Shown: positions 11,204 to 22,236, numbered from the stretch's first letter. The stretch is 64,000 bases of DNA from Schizochytrium sp. TIO01 (GCA_004764695.1 SMSO01000014.1:4784845-4848844), one strand, 5' to 3'. Notes: generated from the letters alone by a model not told the origin. Numbers and translations: made by a program.

Positions 11204-12616
11204 ATGAAAACCTGTGACGACTCTGAAGATGTCGAAACTCTGCACTCTGAGGTCCTAAATGGTTGGAGCGGGCGTTTGCCCAGAGTGCTGGCGTGGGCCA
11301 GTCTTGGAGATGCCGTCTCAGTTCCAATGCATTGGTACTATGACCTCGCACAACTTTGGCTGGACTACCCTCTTACGGCAAGGGAAAGACGCGGAGAGAT
11401 AGAGATACAATCTGTGCGTCAAGACATTTCACACCCGGACTCGTGGGACTACTTTAGAACTACCGAACCACATGATGCTTGGGCGCACCCGGTAGACCTG
11501 TTTCATGACCGAGCCCGTTTTTACGGACTTGAGGGCAGCCATTACCATGGTTGCCTTCGCCCAGGGGAAGTGACATTGACCATGAGGCTCTCTTGTGAAC
11601 TTTTTCGGAGCATCCAATCCCAAAACCAGGCGTATAATACTCTAGATTATCTGAGGCGATACCAGCGAATATTACTGGAACCAGGACAGCATCATGATAC
11701 GTACATTGAGTCCGCCCACAGAGCTTTCATGCGAGCAAGAGCACATGCGATAGATCCTGCCGTGATCCCGAGAGGAGACCGAGATGGGGATTGTTTGGCT
11801 GGTCTTGTGCTTGCCTTGCCTCTTCTTGTCAGAGGGAGCATAAAGGGGGCATCACATGAGCAAAAAGGCAGCAAGGAACCTAGGGTCTATACAGCAAAGC
11901 AATGGATTGCACGAACAACCAAAGAACCAGCACCACAATTATCGTTTTTGTCAAATTCAAATCGTGATCAACAATCAATAATACCCTCAGACGAAGATCT
12001 ATCGTCCAAACTGGTACTCAAAGGACAACCAGATTCAATAACTTGGAATAATTTTGAGAGTGAAGAAAGTCGAGCTTTCACAGGAGATGCATGGACAATC
12101 CGTCGATGTCCAGAGTTATGGTACCCTCTTCTCCAGCACATAAGTCTCACACACTCTAACTGGCGGGTTCTTACGGCTGCACATCTCCTTGCCCAGTTGT
12201 TTGGACACTCACTCAACAAAGAAGGAGTCATTAATGCAATCGTTGAGCTTGAGCGGGTTTGCCATAGCGAACAATGCTTGACAGCAACTGTCATAAGAAA
12301 ACAAATACGAAGGGATGTTCAATGCTGTGCTTTATCGATGCGAACCATGGATATCGCAGGTGTGGACGAGTGCCTTCGGTCATCGCTATTGGGAGGGCCC
12401 AGGTGGAACAGATGATATATACGCATGGGTGCTCTAACTAGCACCTTGATTCTGTTTCTTGCATGGCTCGAGGCAGAGCTCCCTCCGCAGACTCTACTTG
12501 TAATCAATGCACACTTAGGTGGAGATTGCACACATCGAGGTGCCATCTTGGGCGCCTTTATTGCCACCTTGGACATTCAATTTTGGCAAGTTTCAAAATC
12601 CGCAAGTTGGCTTTAG
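11204..12616 (+). CDS. ADP-ribosylglycohydrolase / J1-crystallin / SelJ-like protein, about 470 aa, probable selenoprotein (UGA=Sec at 12413-12415)
   Basis: ORFs 11204-12415 and 12425-12616 are in the same frame. The junction reads AGG TGG AAC AGA TGA TAT ATA CGC ATG = RWNR*YIRM. Family motifs lie on both sides: LGDAVSVPMHWYYD, HYHGCLRPGEVTL, HHDTYIESAHR and LTH before the TGA, and NAHLGGDCTHRGAILGA after it. Confidence 0.8.
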
Positions 12617-12762
12617 CAAAGACAAGTTTAAAGCAGTTAGTTTTCCTTAGCATATATTTTAAAGTCTGCTAAGTAACAACTTTATTGTCGACGCAAAGTT
12701 GTACATACTAAACACATCTCGATTGCACATTTCGCTAAACTTTTTTAACCCTCTCTCTCTCT

Positions 12763-12855
12763 CATGGGAAACCTGCTAACGATAACATAATGACGGCGCC
12801 GCTGTAAACAGAACTTCAATCAATGCAGCCTGCAAGCGTCCGCCCGACACCCATG
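12763..12855 (+). promoter_or_regulatory. Candidate SECIS element in the 3' UTR of the ARH-family gene
   Basis: AUGAC (12790-12794), an 11-nt arm GGCGCCGCUGU, AAA (12806-12808), a 3' arm UGCAAGCGUCCGCC and then C-GA-C (12845-12848). Distal CAUGGG (12763-12768) can pair with CCCAUG (12850-12855). Folded by eye only. The apical region is rather long and helix II is imperfect. Confidence 0.6.
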
Positions 12856-13080
12856 CGGTATATCGGAGGCACCCTCAACAATAAACAAAGGTCACTGAAG
12901 GTCTTGCATTTGAAAACTATATAAAATTTAACTTTCCTATTCTTTTTTACGTTCTTTGTTTTAAGGAACCCCCCCGCCCCCAATCAAGTCAAGCCCCATT
13001 CACATGACAAATCCCACTCTTACCTACTAAACCTGAAGATACCTAGCTTGTTAACGAGGTTGTCATCAACGCAGCATTCT

Positions 13081-13828
13081 ATAACTTTGGTATTCCAGAA
13101 CCGCATTACGCGTGTCCCAAATGGAAAATCTCATTAGGTAAACACGCTATTACGCATTGGAGAGAAGGGTAGTCTATTTTAATTGAGTCTTTACGTTGGA
13201 TTTCCATGGGTTATACAGTGTGGCTAGTGGTTTCCACGGAAATCGAGCATCTCAAACTACACGGTGACAACGCAGTGACGAAGCGTGACGGCACGCAAGA
13301 CAATCAAGAAAGAGTGCAATTTAGCTCGTACTAGGAACATACGTGTCTATCCAACGAAAGACCACGCACTCAACTCAAAAAATGGGTTCGCATTACTAAA
13401 AGACCTTACAATGTTGGTGTTACCTTTCATTATGATTTATTCAAAGTATAGAGACAAGACCACGGCCCTGCATCAAGATGCATGCATCATGAAGAATCCT
13501 AAGACGACGCAAGTCCTGAAAGACAAAGAAGACAATCCTAAAATGTTCAGCGATAGCTATGGAGAAAAAGAAGCAGCGCGCCTTAAAGAAAGCACGGATG
13601 CGCCTGATTGGGTCTTCGAAGTACCACAACTTGTGCGCGATTCAGAAATCAATAATTTCTTCAAAGCTTTGTACGTTGGTGGGGCCAAAAACTGAGAAAT
13701 TTGCCGGCAAAAAGGAACTTGGAATTCGCTCTTTCTACAAGTTACGTATAAAATGTGATAAAGCCCAAATATCGAGGTTGGGTGACGCGACTGGAGCAGA
13801 AGGAAACATTTACATATTGAAAAGATAA
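13081..13828 (+). mobile_element. Degenerate TnpB/Fanzor-like (IS607-type) element relic, N-terminal half only
   Basis: Restoring one base near 13364 gives RTRNIRVYPTKDQRTQLKKWVRITKRPYNVGV, matching the TnpB/Fanzor N-terminal pattern IRxYPTxxQxxxLxxWxxxxRxxYN. It is followed later by PDWVFEVPQLVRDSEINNFFKA. There are multiple frameshifts and stops, and no RuvC motifs are seen downstream. Confidence 0.6.
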
Positions 13829-14371
13829 AATTTATTATCAATCTAGTCACACTTAATAAAATGTGGTTATAATTACATAGAGCTGATTGAAGAAATGTCA
13901 TAAATATCTGTGGTTAGTAGTTATAATTGAAGCTAAGGTTGATAATTGTCTAGAGTAGCTGTTGCCGAGTTGAACCCTTTTCAGTCACAGTGGCATTCCT
14001 CTAAGCCTGGGGAAATCGTGTCGTAATGCTGTTTCAATTTCCTTCTCAGTAGCGCCCGTGACGTTTCATATTACGATAATAATCTTCGCTTATATCAGGG
14101 TGGCGGTTGCTACATTTATCATAGTCGTAGGTTGTAGAGCAATCCGGTTGGCGATCTTGCTGGAATTTCCCGCCCTCGCCAGGTGGGCGCTTCTCAAAGG
14201 AGTAGCTTAGACCGGAGAACCAACGCCATAGAGAGTATCAAGAAATATGTCCTTATCAAGGTGAGGTCAGCAGGCCGCACACGTTGTCGTTTCGCGAGCG
14301 TGTAGCCATTATGCGCTTCGTGGGTCCTCTTCCCAGACTAGGAACTCTTCTGTAGTTAGGTAACTAGGTGC

Positions 14372-14511
14372 GCACTCTCACTATTCAGAGGCTGTTAGTA
14401 AGTTAAACTCTTTGAGCTCGATTACTATCTCAAGCACGCCAAAGCAATCTCTAAGTATGATATGCCACCTGCACTCTCACTATTCAGAGGCTGTTAGTAA
14501 GTTAAACTCTT
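14372..14511. repeat. 41-bp exact direct repeat, 2 copies (14372-14412, 14471-14511), 58-bp spacer
   Basis: GCACTCTCACTATTCAGAGGCTGTTAGTAAGTTAAACTCTT occurs twice. Confidence 0.9.
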
Positions 14512-15447
14512 CAACAGACATTTAAGTAGTTACGCTCTCCTTGCTTGCGCTGGCTCCTTCGGAGGTCCATGTCCTACAATCTGGGACCTGGACGTCCTTC
14601 CTTCCTTCCTTCCCGCTCTTTGATGATCCGCCCAAAACTAAACTCGAACGGAGGGCTCCCTTTGCAGGAACTCTTGGAAAGGCCCGTGCCGGTTCCGGGG
14701 CGTCTTGGAGGGCTCGGATCTGGCTTGAAGGAGCTCCGGCTCGAGTGTGCTTCGATCTCCCAAGACCCTCTACTCTGAGTTTGTGCACTTCACTTCCCAA
14801 GTGACTCGGTCAATCAATCGATGAATGAATTTGCCGCAATTTGGGGTCCCCAAACTTACAAACTTACGATGCGGTGGAAACGGCGCTCCGTCTTTTTTCT
14901 TTCGGGCCAGCTATGGGTAACTCTAGCAGCAGCTAGCGTGGGAGATACGAAAGAACCTCTGCGGAGAACGCGGCGGTAGGAGTGGCTATTGGCGGTTAGC
15001 AGTGCCTGCTTTGCAAAATAAACGGAACGGAACTTCGAACTATGATAGGAAAAAACAAACAAATAAACAAAAACAAAAACTTCGGAGATCGCAACAACTG
15101 CGAACTGAGCTGCGTTGATGACACCGCTTGTGCATGATAGGCAATGGCGTCCGAACTCGGCTCAGCTATCTTCACCAAGTTGGTAGCTAGCTAGGCCGCA
15201 ACGATCGACGATCTTCGACAACCCATCCATGATCTAACTCAATACTACGTGCATACATACATTCATACATTCATACATCATGATACAAAGCAGCAGTCGC
15301 TAGAGCCCTTAGTGTTTCAACTAGCACTGCAGCTCTACGAGTCCATAGTAAGCACGTACGTGGCTGGCTAGCTCTTGCGCGGATAGGCGAAACGATAGCA
15401 GTGCTTAGCACCCGTGGGGCTGTAATTGTAATGCACTGCAGCACTGC

Positions 15448-15533
15448 ATAAGTAAGTAAGTGACTAAATAAGAAAGTAAGTGACTAAATAAGTAAGTGAA
15501 TAAGTAAGTAAGTGAGTGAATAAGTAAGTAAGT
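15448..15533. repeat. Degenerate (TAAG/TGAG/TAAA)n tetranucleotide array
   Basis: Visible imperfect run taagtaagtaagtgactaaataag... Confidence 0.8.
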
Positions 15534-17177
15534 AGAACAACGGTGTTGGATAAGTGGTGAGCCGTATTCTTTTTGTTTACGAATGCCGCTTCGGCGCCGC
15601 AGCAGAGTTAGGAACTCCTGAAAGTGCCAAAGCGCCTGCCGTGCCATGGGACAGGGCGTGTGATAGAAAGCTTTGCACGCCTTCGACCACGCGCAGTGTG
15701 TGCTCGGGCCGAGCTGGGATCTTGGCAGAGAGAGCTCACTCCAAGATGGGGCAACTTTGTTGCGGCGTGTTTGTAGTTGATTCTGTCGAAGTAGAACGAA
15801 TTCCGCTGATTGAGTGCAAGAACCGGCGGGGCGCTATGCAATACTAGCGTTTACGTTAGGAGGCCGGCCGGCTCGAGGGAAATCCAATTGCAGGAGTCCA
15901 AGTGAAGAAAGCAATGAAGGGAGTGAGTGGTTGAGCAGTTCTCGAGAAACCTCAACGAGGTAGAATAACGTGCGTAGTCAGCCGTGCTCAACTTTAGCCT
16001 GTGCGAGGCTGATTTGATTCCAGTAGATCTGACTCGGTTTGATTTGTTTTGATTGTAGGTTTTAATAAAAGTTTATCGTGTGCTTTGATTTAGAAACAGA
16101 ATGTAATTCGATATTCAGACTGCTGAAGGCATTGAACTATAAGTCATTTGGCATCGCCTAGTGGCCATCTTCATGCCTCAAGGAAAGGTACAAATAAGGA
16201 TCTTTAATAGAGAGAAACTCTCAAGTGACAAGTTCTGCTCTTTGTAGTACTTGGGAGGCAGCATGTTAACTTTTAAGAATCATTGAGTTGGTGCATTTGC
16301 GACTTCAAGCTGTTGCCGGTTTTCTTGAAGAAGTTCTCCCAAAGTAGTTTGGTTGCCCATCACCTCAGAGCAAGCGCTTGTGAGTTTCATTTCATCACAC
16401 AGCATGAGGCCATCCACCCATTGCCAAGGCTCATCTCGAGCTTATTTCGACAGCCAGAAAAGGAATCGAAGCACAACTATCACGAGTAGTTGGTAGGATG
16501 TATCGCGGAATGGTCAATGAATCAATTAATGACTGTCGTGCTGCTGCTATTTTCAGCGCACACGCCTATAGTTAAATGTAGGAGAGTCCTACAGTGGGGA
16601 TGGAGTCCGAGTCTACTTTCTATCTTACGCTGGCACTTTAGTAATTTGGTTAGTAAGAAAAGATAAACAAAGAGGAGGTCTCCGCTTTATTTATAATTAT
16701 TTATAACAGTGGAAGAAGGGCAAAAGGCTAAGTAGAGCTAGTGGCATTCTATAGATGATCCTTTATGTAAAGAAAAACCAAAAAAACATGGATACTCTGT
16801 GGTCCTATGGATTAGGGTAGATGGATTCTTAATCGGAAGCCGTCGAGGATTAATAAAGAGTTCATAACTTAGTTGGTGTGAGTCTGTGACCCTTGCAAAC
16901 CAAAAACCAATTTGGGCTCTTTAAAGAGTGCCATCCGTTTGAAGAAGAGCAACAACAGCAGAGCAACAAAACTCGTAGCTGCTGGGGAAACTAGGTGATC
17001 TGGGGACACATAAAGTCGTCTGACTCGGTTGGAGAGTCCACTTGAAAAAGACTAGCGAGTTTCAGGGCGGGGCTCGGTTCTCCCGGTGTTACGGTTGTTG
17101 AGGCAAAGCGAGGCCTCGTTTCGCGTGTTTATTGAGAAACCAGAAACAGCAGCAGCAACCAACACTAGACGAAGAAC

Positions 17178-18182
17178 ATGAGATCCTTTGTAGGCGCACT
17201 CCGCGCAAAACAAACAAAGAAGAAGGAGGAGAAAGAAGCCAAGAAGACCCAGGCTGTGCAACACAATGCTCTCTATGAAAAGAATCAGGTCGAAACGACT
17301 ACACATCGCCTCAAGATGCGTATTGAATACCTTGAAGGCCAAGAAGCGCAGCTGGTGAAGCAAGCCAAAATTCTTGCCAAGCGAGGTGACAAGAATGGAG
17401 CTCTTGGCAAGCTGCGCAAGAAGAAGATGATTGTCAAGGAAAAGGAGAAACTCTACACCGCGATCTTTAATCTGGAGCAGCAAGCATTTGCTGTGGAGAA
17501 TGCCATCACAACACAGGATATCGTCAGTGGTATGCGCGTAGGAAAGAATGCCATGCAGGGTATTCAGAAGACTATTGACGTGGATGATGTGCAAGACCTC
17601 AGGGATGACATTACAGAGCAGATGCAGACCATGGACGAGGTTGATCAACTCTTGTCCGAGCCTTTGGATGGCATTGGCTTCGATGATGATGATCTTGCCG
17701 CAGAACTCGATGAGCTTGACGAGCTTAACCTCGTGGAAAGCCTCGATGAACTACCAGAAGTGCCTAGCGTGCCGGTTCCTCGTAAACCTGTTATGCACGC
17801 TGCACCGAACACTCCGGCATCACCCGTACCTATGTCTCCGCCAGCGGCGCCCCGCCAGCCCGTGGCTGTTGGCGCACAGTCAACACATCTGCGCCAAGCT
17901 GTCCCAACTGTATCTTCTTTACCTAAGCCGGCGCCTCCAATTGCATCTCGACCAGTCTTGCCTCCTCGTAATACAACAACATCATCGTATGTGGATAACC
18001 ACATCCAGAATTTGCCTGAGGCACCCCGCACAGAATTCGTGAAACCTGCACCGGCATCAAGTGTCCCTATGTACAGTTTTGACTCCACTTCTGATCCCTC
18101 AAGACCTCGTGTGCCTCCTCGCCCAGGTGCTGTGCGTGTATTACCGCCTCGGCCGGTACGTGCTACTGCGGATCTGGCTTAA
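17178..18182 (+). CDS. ESCRT-III subunit of the SNF7/Vps32/CHMP4 family with a long Pro-rich tail
   Basis: Basic helical hairpin (AKRGDKNGALGKLRKKK, LEQQAFAVENA), IDVDDVQDLRDDITEQ, acidic FDDDDLAAELDELDE and LPEVPS, followed by about 135 aa rich in Pro. Confidence 0.88.
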   Translation: MRSFVGALRAKQTKKKEEKEAKKTQAVQHNALYEKNQVETTTHRLKMRIEYLEGQEAQLVKQAKILAKRGDKNGALGKLRKKKMIVKEKEKLYTAIFNLEQQAFAVENAITTQDIVSGMRVGKNAMQGIQKTIDVDDVQDLRDDITEQMQTMDEVDQLLSEPLDGIGFDDDDLAAELDELDELNLVESLDELPEVPSVPVPRKPVMHAAPNTPASPVPMSPPAAPRQPVAVGAQSTHLRQAVPTVSSLPKPAPPIASRPVLPPRNTTTSSYVDNHIQNLPEAPRTEFVKPAPASSVPMYSFDSTSDPSRPRVPPRPGAVRVLPPRPVRATADLA

Positions 18183-19559
18183 ATTTAAAGTGATTGTGGT
18201 CTAAACCCCATGATCCGCTTTTGTCGTTGTTTGATTGTGGCCTGGCTGCGGCAACATAGATTCGCTTTCGCTAGGCAGGTCTAAGCTACTACTGTCAACT
18301 CCGCTTCGATCTGTTCAATTAGTATGTCATCATTATCTAATCAATTCATTATGTAACATGTCTTTCAAGCTTTCACAATTGATGTTTGCAATATTATATC
18401 ATCTTGCACCTGGCTCTCTACTACCAAATACATTTCTCATCACGTCCCTGATTTATGATGGCAAGGCACCTGGATATCTCGGAGTTTCAAGGGCTGCTGA
18501 GTTGCCAACATGTATGCCAGTTTTTGTTGAAAGCAAACCTTGTTCACGACGCACGAGCTCAACAGAGGTCACGTTTACATTTCTATATGAGAAGAGAACT
18601 CTATCTCCAAGCTGTCATGTAATCACCACGCTTATAAAGTCTTGAGTATATTCTTTTTATTCATTCATTCATTCATTTAAGTTGCACAAACCAAACCAAA
18701 TCAAATCAAATGTAATATCCGAACAAGCAACGCCGACTCTAGACAAACTGAGCCTAAGTTCATTTATCCTGTCAATGAGTCTACCAGTTCTTGCGAGCGT
18801 AAAACCCCGAAGGAGTAACTTTAATAGCTAGGTATTAATTAGCATAGCAAGCTAAGGTATTAAGTTGCTGTGCTACGAGTATCGTCAGGAGTCATGATGG
18901 ACCTTCGTATCATCTCTTGCTCAGTTCCTGTAATAAAACTATCTTTCTTCTGTTCCCTCGTTAAGCAGAAACTGCTAGCTAGCTAGTTGTGTCGTCTTAG
19001 GAAAGAGACTAAGCTCGTTGTGTACTCAGTCATAGACCTGCTTGCCCCGTGATCACGATGTAAGCGTCCAGCTTGAGCACGGTCTGAGGTGTGTCGAGAT
19101 TCTCTGAAAGTGCTCGAGAGGAGAAAAGAGAAAGATCCACTTGTGTAAAAATATTGTGAAAAGTCATTTTATTAGTTTTTTTGTTTTTTTTTAATTTGTT
19201 TTTCTCTGTTCTACTTTCTTAAACCTTTAACTCCGAACGGCCAATTAAGGAAATCGACTCGATCGAACGTCAAGCTGCAGTTTCCCTCTTTGAGTGTTTT
19301 CTACAATCAAGCATGTGAGTTAACCGAACTCATTTTACCTGTTTGAAGAAGTCTTAATGTCTGTCGGATGTCAGTGAAAGGCAGATTCCTCATGTGACAA
19401 CAGGATGGAGGTTTCGCAGCAGTATTAGTAAAAGCCAAGTTGTAGTTGTGAATTACAATTACCTTTTATTGCACGATTTGTCAATCGGGTATTCTGCGAT
19501 GTCTCTGCGTGAACCCAGAGTTTTGCTTGAGCTGATGACAACGGCGATGATGGTGCTGG

Positions 19560-19560
<1 letters not shown>

Positions 19561-19596
<36 letters not shown>
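19561..19596. repeat. (GAT)12 microsatellite
   Basis: Directly visible. Confidence 0.95.
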
Positions 19597-19599
<3 letters not shown>

Positions 19600-20801
19600 T
19601 AACTTAAAAGAGTAGGGACAGGTGTATGAATTTGTTCGGCACTTTCCTTCTTTGATTGTTGCCTCCAAGTCCCAGAACAATAAGCCGTTCCTACTAGTAG
19701 CGCAGATCTTTGTCTTCCTCAACAAAAATCTTGGCCTCAGTTTTGTAAAATTTTCCACCACAATAGAGGTTGGTTCATTTGTTGCTCGCAATGTGCTGGC
19801 TGTGCACAAGTAAACATTTCTGCGTCTTACCGTATGAAAAATCATTAAACAATATAACGCACCACAACAAAGAATCGAGCCTGATATATAATGTGGCAAC
19901 TTCGGACATTCTCGCATGCGTATGCGAATGCGAATGTAATTCCTAATGCAAATGCAAATGCAAATGTCAAGACAAGCACAAAATGACCATGGCTCTATGC
20001 ATAAATATCTTGAGTGCGTCAAGGTCTGAGTGATGGACGTCATTCAGAAAACCTTTAAAAGAACTTGCGGCCAGCGGGAGTTCCGCTCGTATCTCTTCAA
20101 AGGCCAACATGCTCTCGTAGTATGCATGCTGCACAGCTTAATTTCCAGAGCATCATAACGACCTCCCTGCCGTGACAGAACTCGTGACGCAGAAGAACCT
20201 GATCCACGCTCTGTTGGTTGCTGCAGGCAGCTAGCTAGCTAGGTATCAGTAGCTAGCTCCGTAGCCATCTGCGACTGTCTTTGCGGTTCTCTCATGCGGC
20301 TAGATTATGGCGAGGTCGCATCCTGAGATGTGATTTGCAACGAATTACAGTTTGCTTACAAGGTCAGCCAGCCCGCATCTGAAGGAGAATCTGGCGGGAC
20401 GAGCGAGCGAGTGTCAGCCGTGTCGAAGATGTCAGCGACTGCCAGCTGTCTGTCTGTGGCGCGACTGATCGTAAAAAATCCTTGGGATGCAGAAGGAAGG
20501 AAGCCCTCTTCCACGCTGTGGATGAGTGCGCGAACCAAAGGAGAGAAGACCACCATCGTCATCTCCGGCATTGCACGAGAGCCGCACAATCTACCCTGAA
20601 TTAATCACGGCTACCTGCCGCCAAATGCCCCTCCGGGGAGGTCAAAAGCACGGAAACAGGGGGCACACATGGAGTTCCCGGGAGGAAGGATTCGATGACG
20701 TTGAAGAGGATCCTCCACTTATAGCAGTAATAGGAGTTTTAAGACTATAAATAATCTCAGAGTGTGCATATCATACATAACAGAGCGAAGAAAGAAAGAA
20801 G

Positions 20802-20905
20802 GAAAGAATGAAAGAATGAAAGAATGAAAGAATGAAAGAATGAAAGAATGAAAGAATGAAAGAATGAAAGAATGAAAGAATGAAAGAATGAAAGAATGAA
20901 AGAAT
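20802..20905. repeat. (GAAAGAAT)13 octanucleotide tandem repeat
   Basis: Directly visible perfect array. Confidence 0.95.
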
Positions 20906-21941
20906 GAATGTGCTGTGGAAATCAAGCATCGATGAAAATGCCTTTCGCTGGTGGTGCGCGGGTGAGCAGGCGCAGAGGGAGGAAAGGCAGTCTGGGCAGG
21001 CACGAGCTCTGTGCACTATGGCAGTCGGTTCTCCGATTTGTTGCGACACCACCACAAATGAGATGAATGTTGAAGCAGTGATTGATTTTTTTTCGTTTTC
21101 TTTCGGAATTAATAATTAATTAATTGATTACAATTGCTGGAAAGAAACATTAATTGATTATGTTGAGGAACAAGAACGGCGCTGTAAAATGATGCAGCAT
21201 CGCCAAGAAAGCAGCGGAAAACCTGCAGCGAGCTGAGCGAGGCGTACCGGGAGGCCTCTGCGCTGCGCAGGCCAAGGCAGGGCATGAGCTTGCTCGGGTC
21301 TGCGCGAAGAAGAAGCCCCATCCATTCCTTCGCATTCGAGCTCGCATTTATTCATCACGCCTCGCCTTCTTCCCATTGTAATGTAAACGACCGTCTCATT
21401 CATTATCGATTGATTTGATGATTATGAAACTGATGATACAACGATAAATAATAAGAATAAAAAGAAGAAGAAGAAGAAGAAAAGAAGAAGAGCTCACAGA
21501 ATGGCTTGGCTGTCCTTGCTCGGCGCCTCTTCAGCCTGCCTGAAGTGGGGAAACTGCCACGCCTCCTCGTATCGCTACGCCTTCGCTCGTGCATGCTCGT
21601 GCCTCTTTGGGTTGAAGCCGATCTATCGAAGGGCTGATTGATCGTACAGAAGGAAGGAGAGAAGGAAATCCAAGTTTTACCTCGAACGATCGTAAGCAAG
21701 GGCGCTAGGGGTATCCTTAAGGGTCGTTAGAGATTGAAGCATCCATCGCAGTCGAATCATTGTTGGAGAGAGAAGAAACAGAGTTTGATTGTTTGATTGT
21801 TTGGCTATTTATTTGGTTGTTTGTTGGGGTTTGTTGGGGTTTGTTTGTTTGTGTATGGTATTACACGAAAGGAGAAGAAACGATCATTGCTTAGAGTCGC
21901 TCGTTTCAAAGAATAGGTTTTGGATCTAGAGCAGAAGATGA

Positions 21942-22118
21942 TTTATTTGTTTATGTATTTATGTATTTATTTATTTATTTGTTTATTTAATTGTTTGTTG
22001 TTTCTTTGTTTCTTTGTTTCTTTATTATTGATTTATCTATTTATCCTTATAAATGAATCGATTAGTTAAAAGTTAAAAGTTAAAAGTTAAAAAGTTAAAA
22101 AGTTAGTTAGTTAGTTAG
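21942..22118. repeat. Compound low-complexity tract (TTTA/TTTG, then GTTAAAA and GTTA units) just upstream of ATP sulfurylase
   Basis: Directly visible. Confidence 0.8.
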
Positions 22119-22236
22119 ATGTTTTGCTAGTGCCCTGTAGAGAAAAGAATAGATAGATGTGTGATGATCGATCGTGGAGCAGGAGCAGCAAATCCGCATT
22201 GCAAGTCGAAGTCTCCGCCTTCGCCCCCTCGCCAAG

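Noticed and set aside
14372-14511. Repeat-spacer-repeat resembling a minimal CRISPR array
   Set aside because: Only two copies, 58-bp spacer, eukaryotic context and no cas genes.
20160-20230. GAACCTGATC, part of the TPP riboswitch consensus
   Set aside because: The upstream CTGAGA and downstream TAAT...GCG.AGGGA elements are missing, and no thiamine gene is adjacent.
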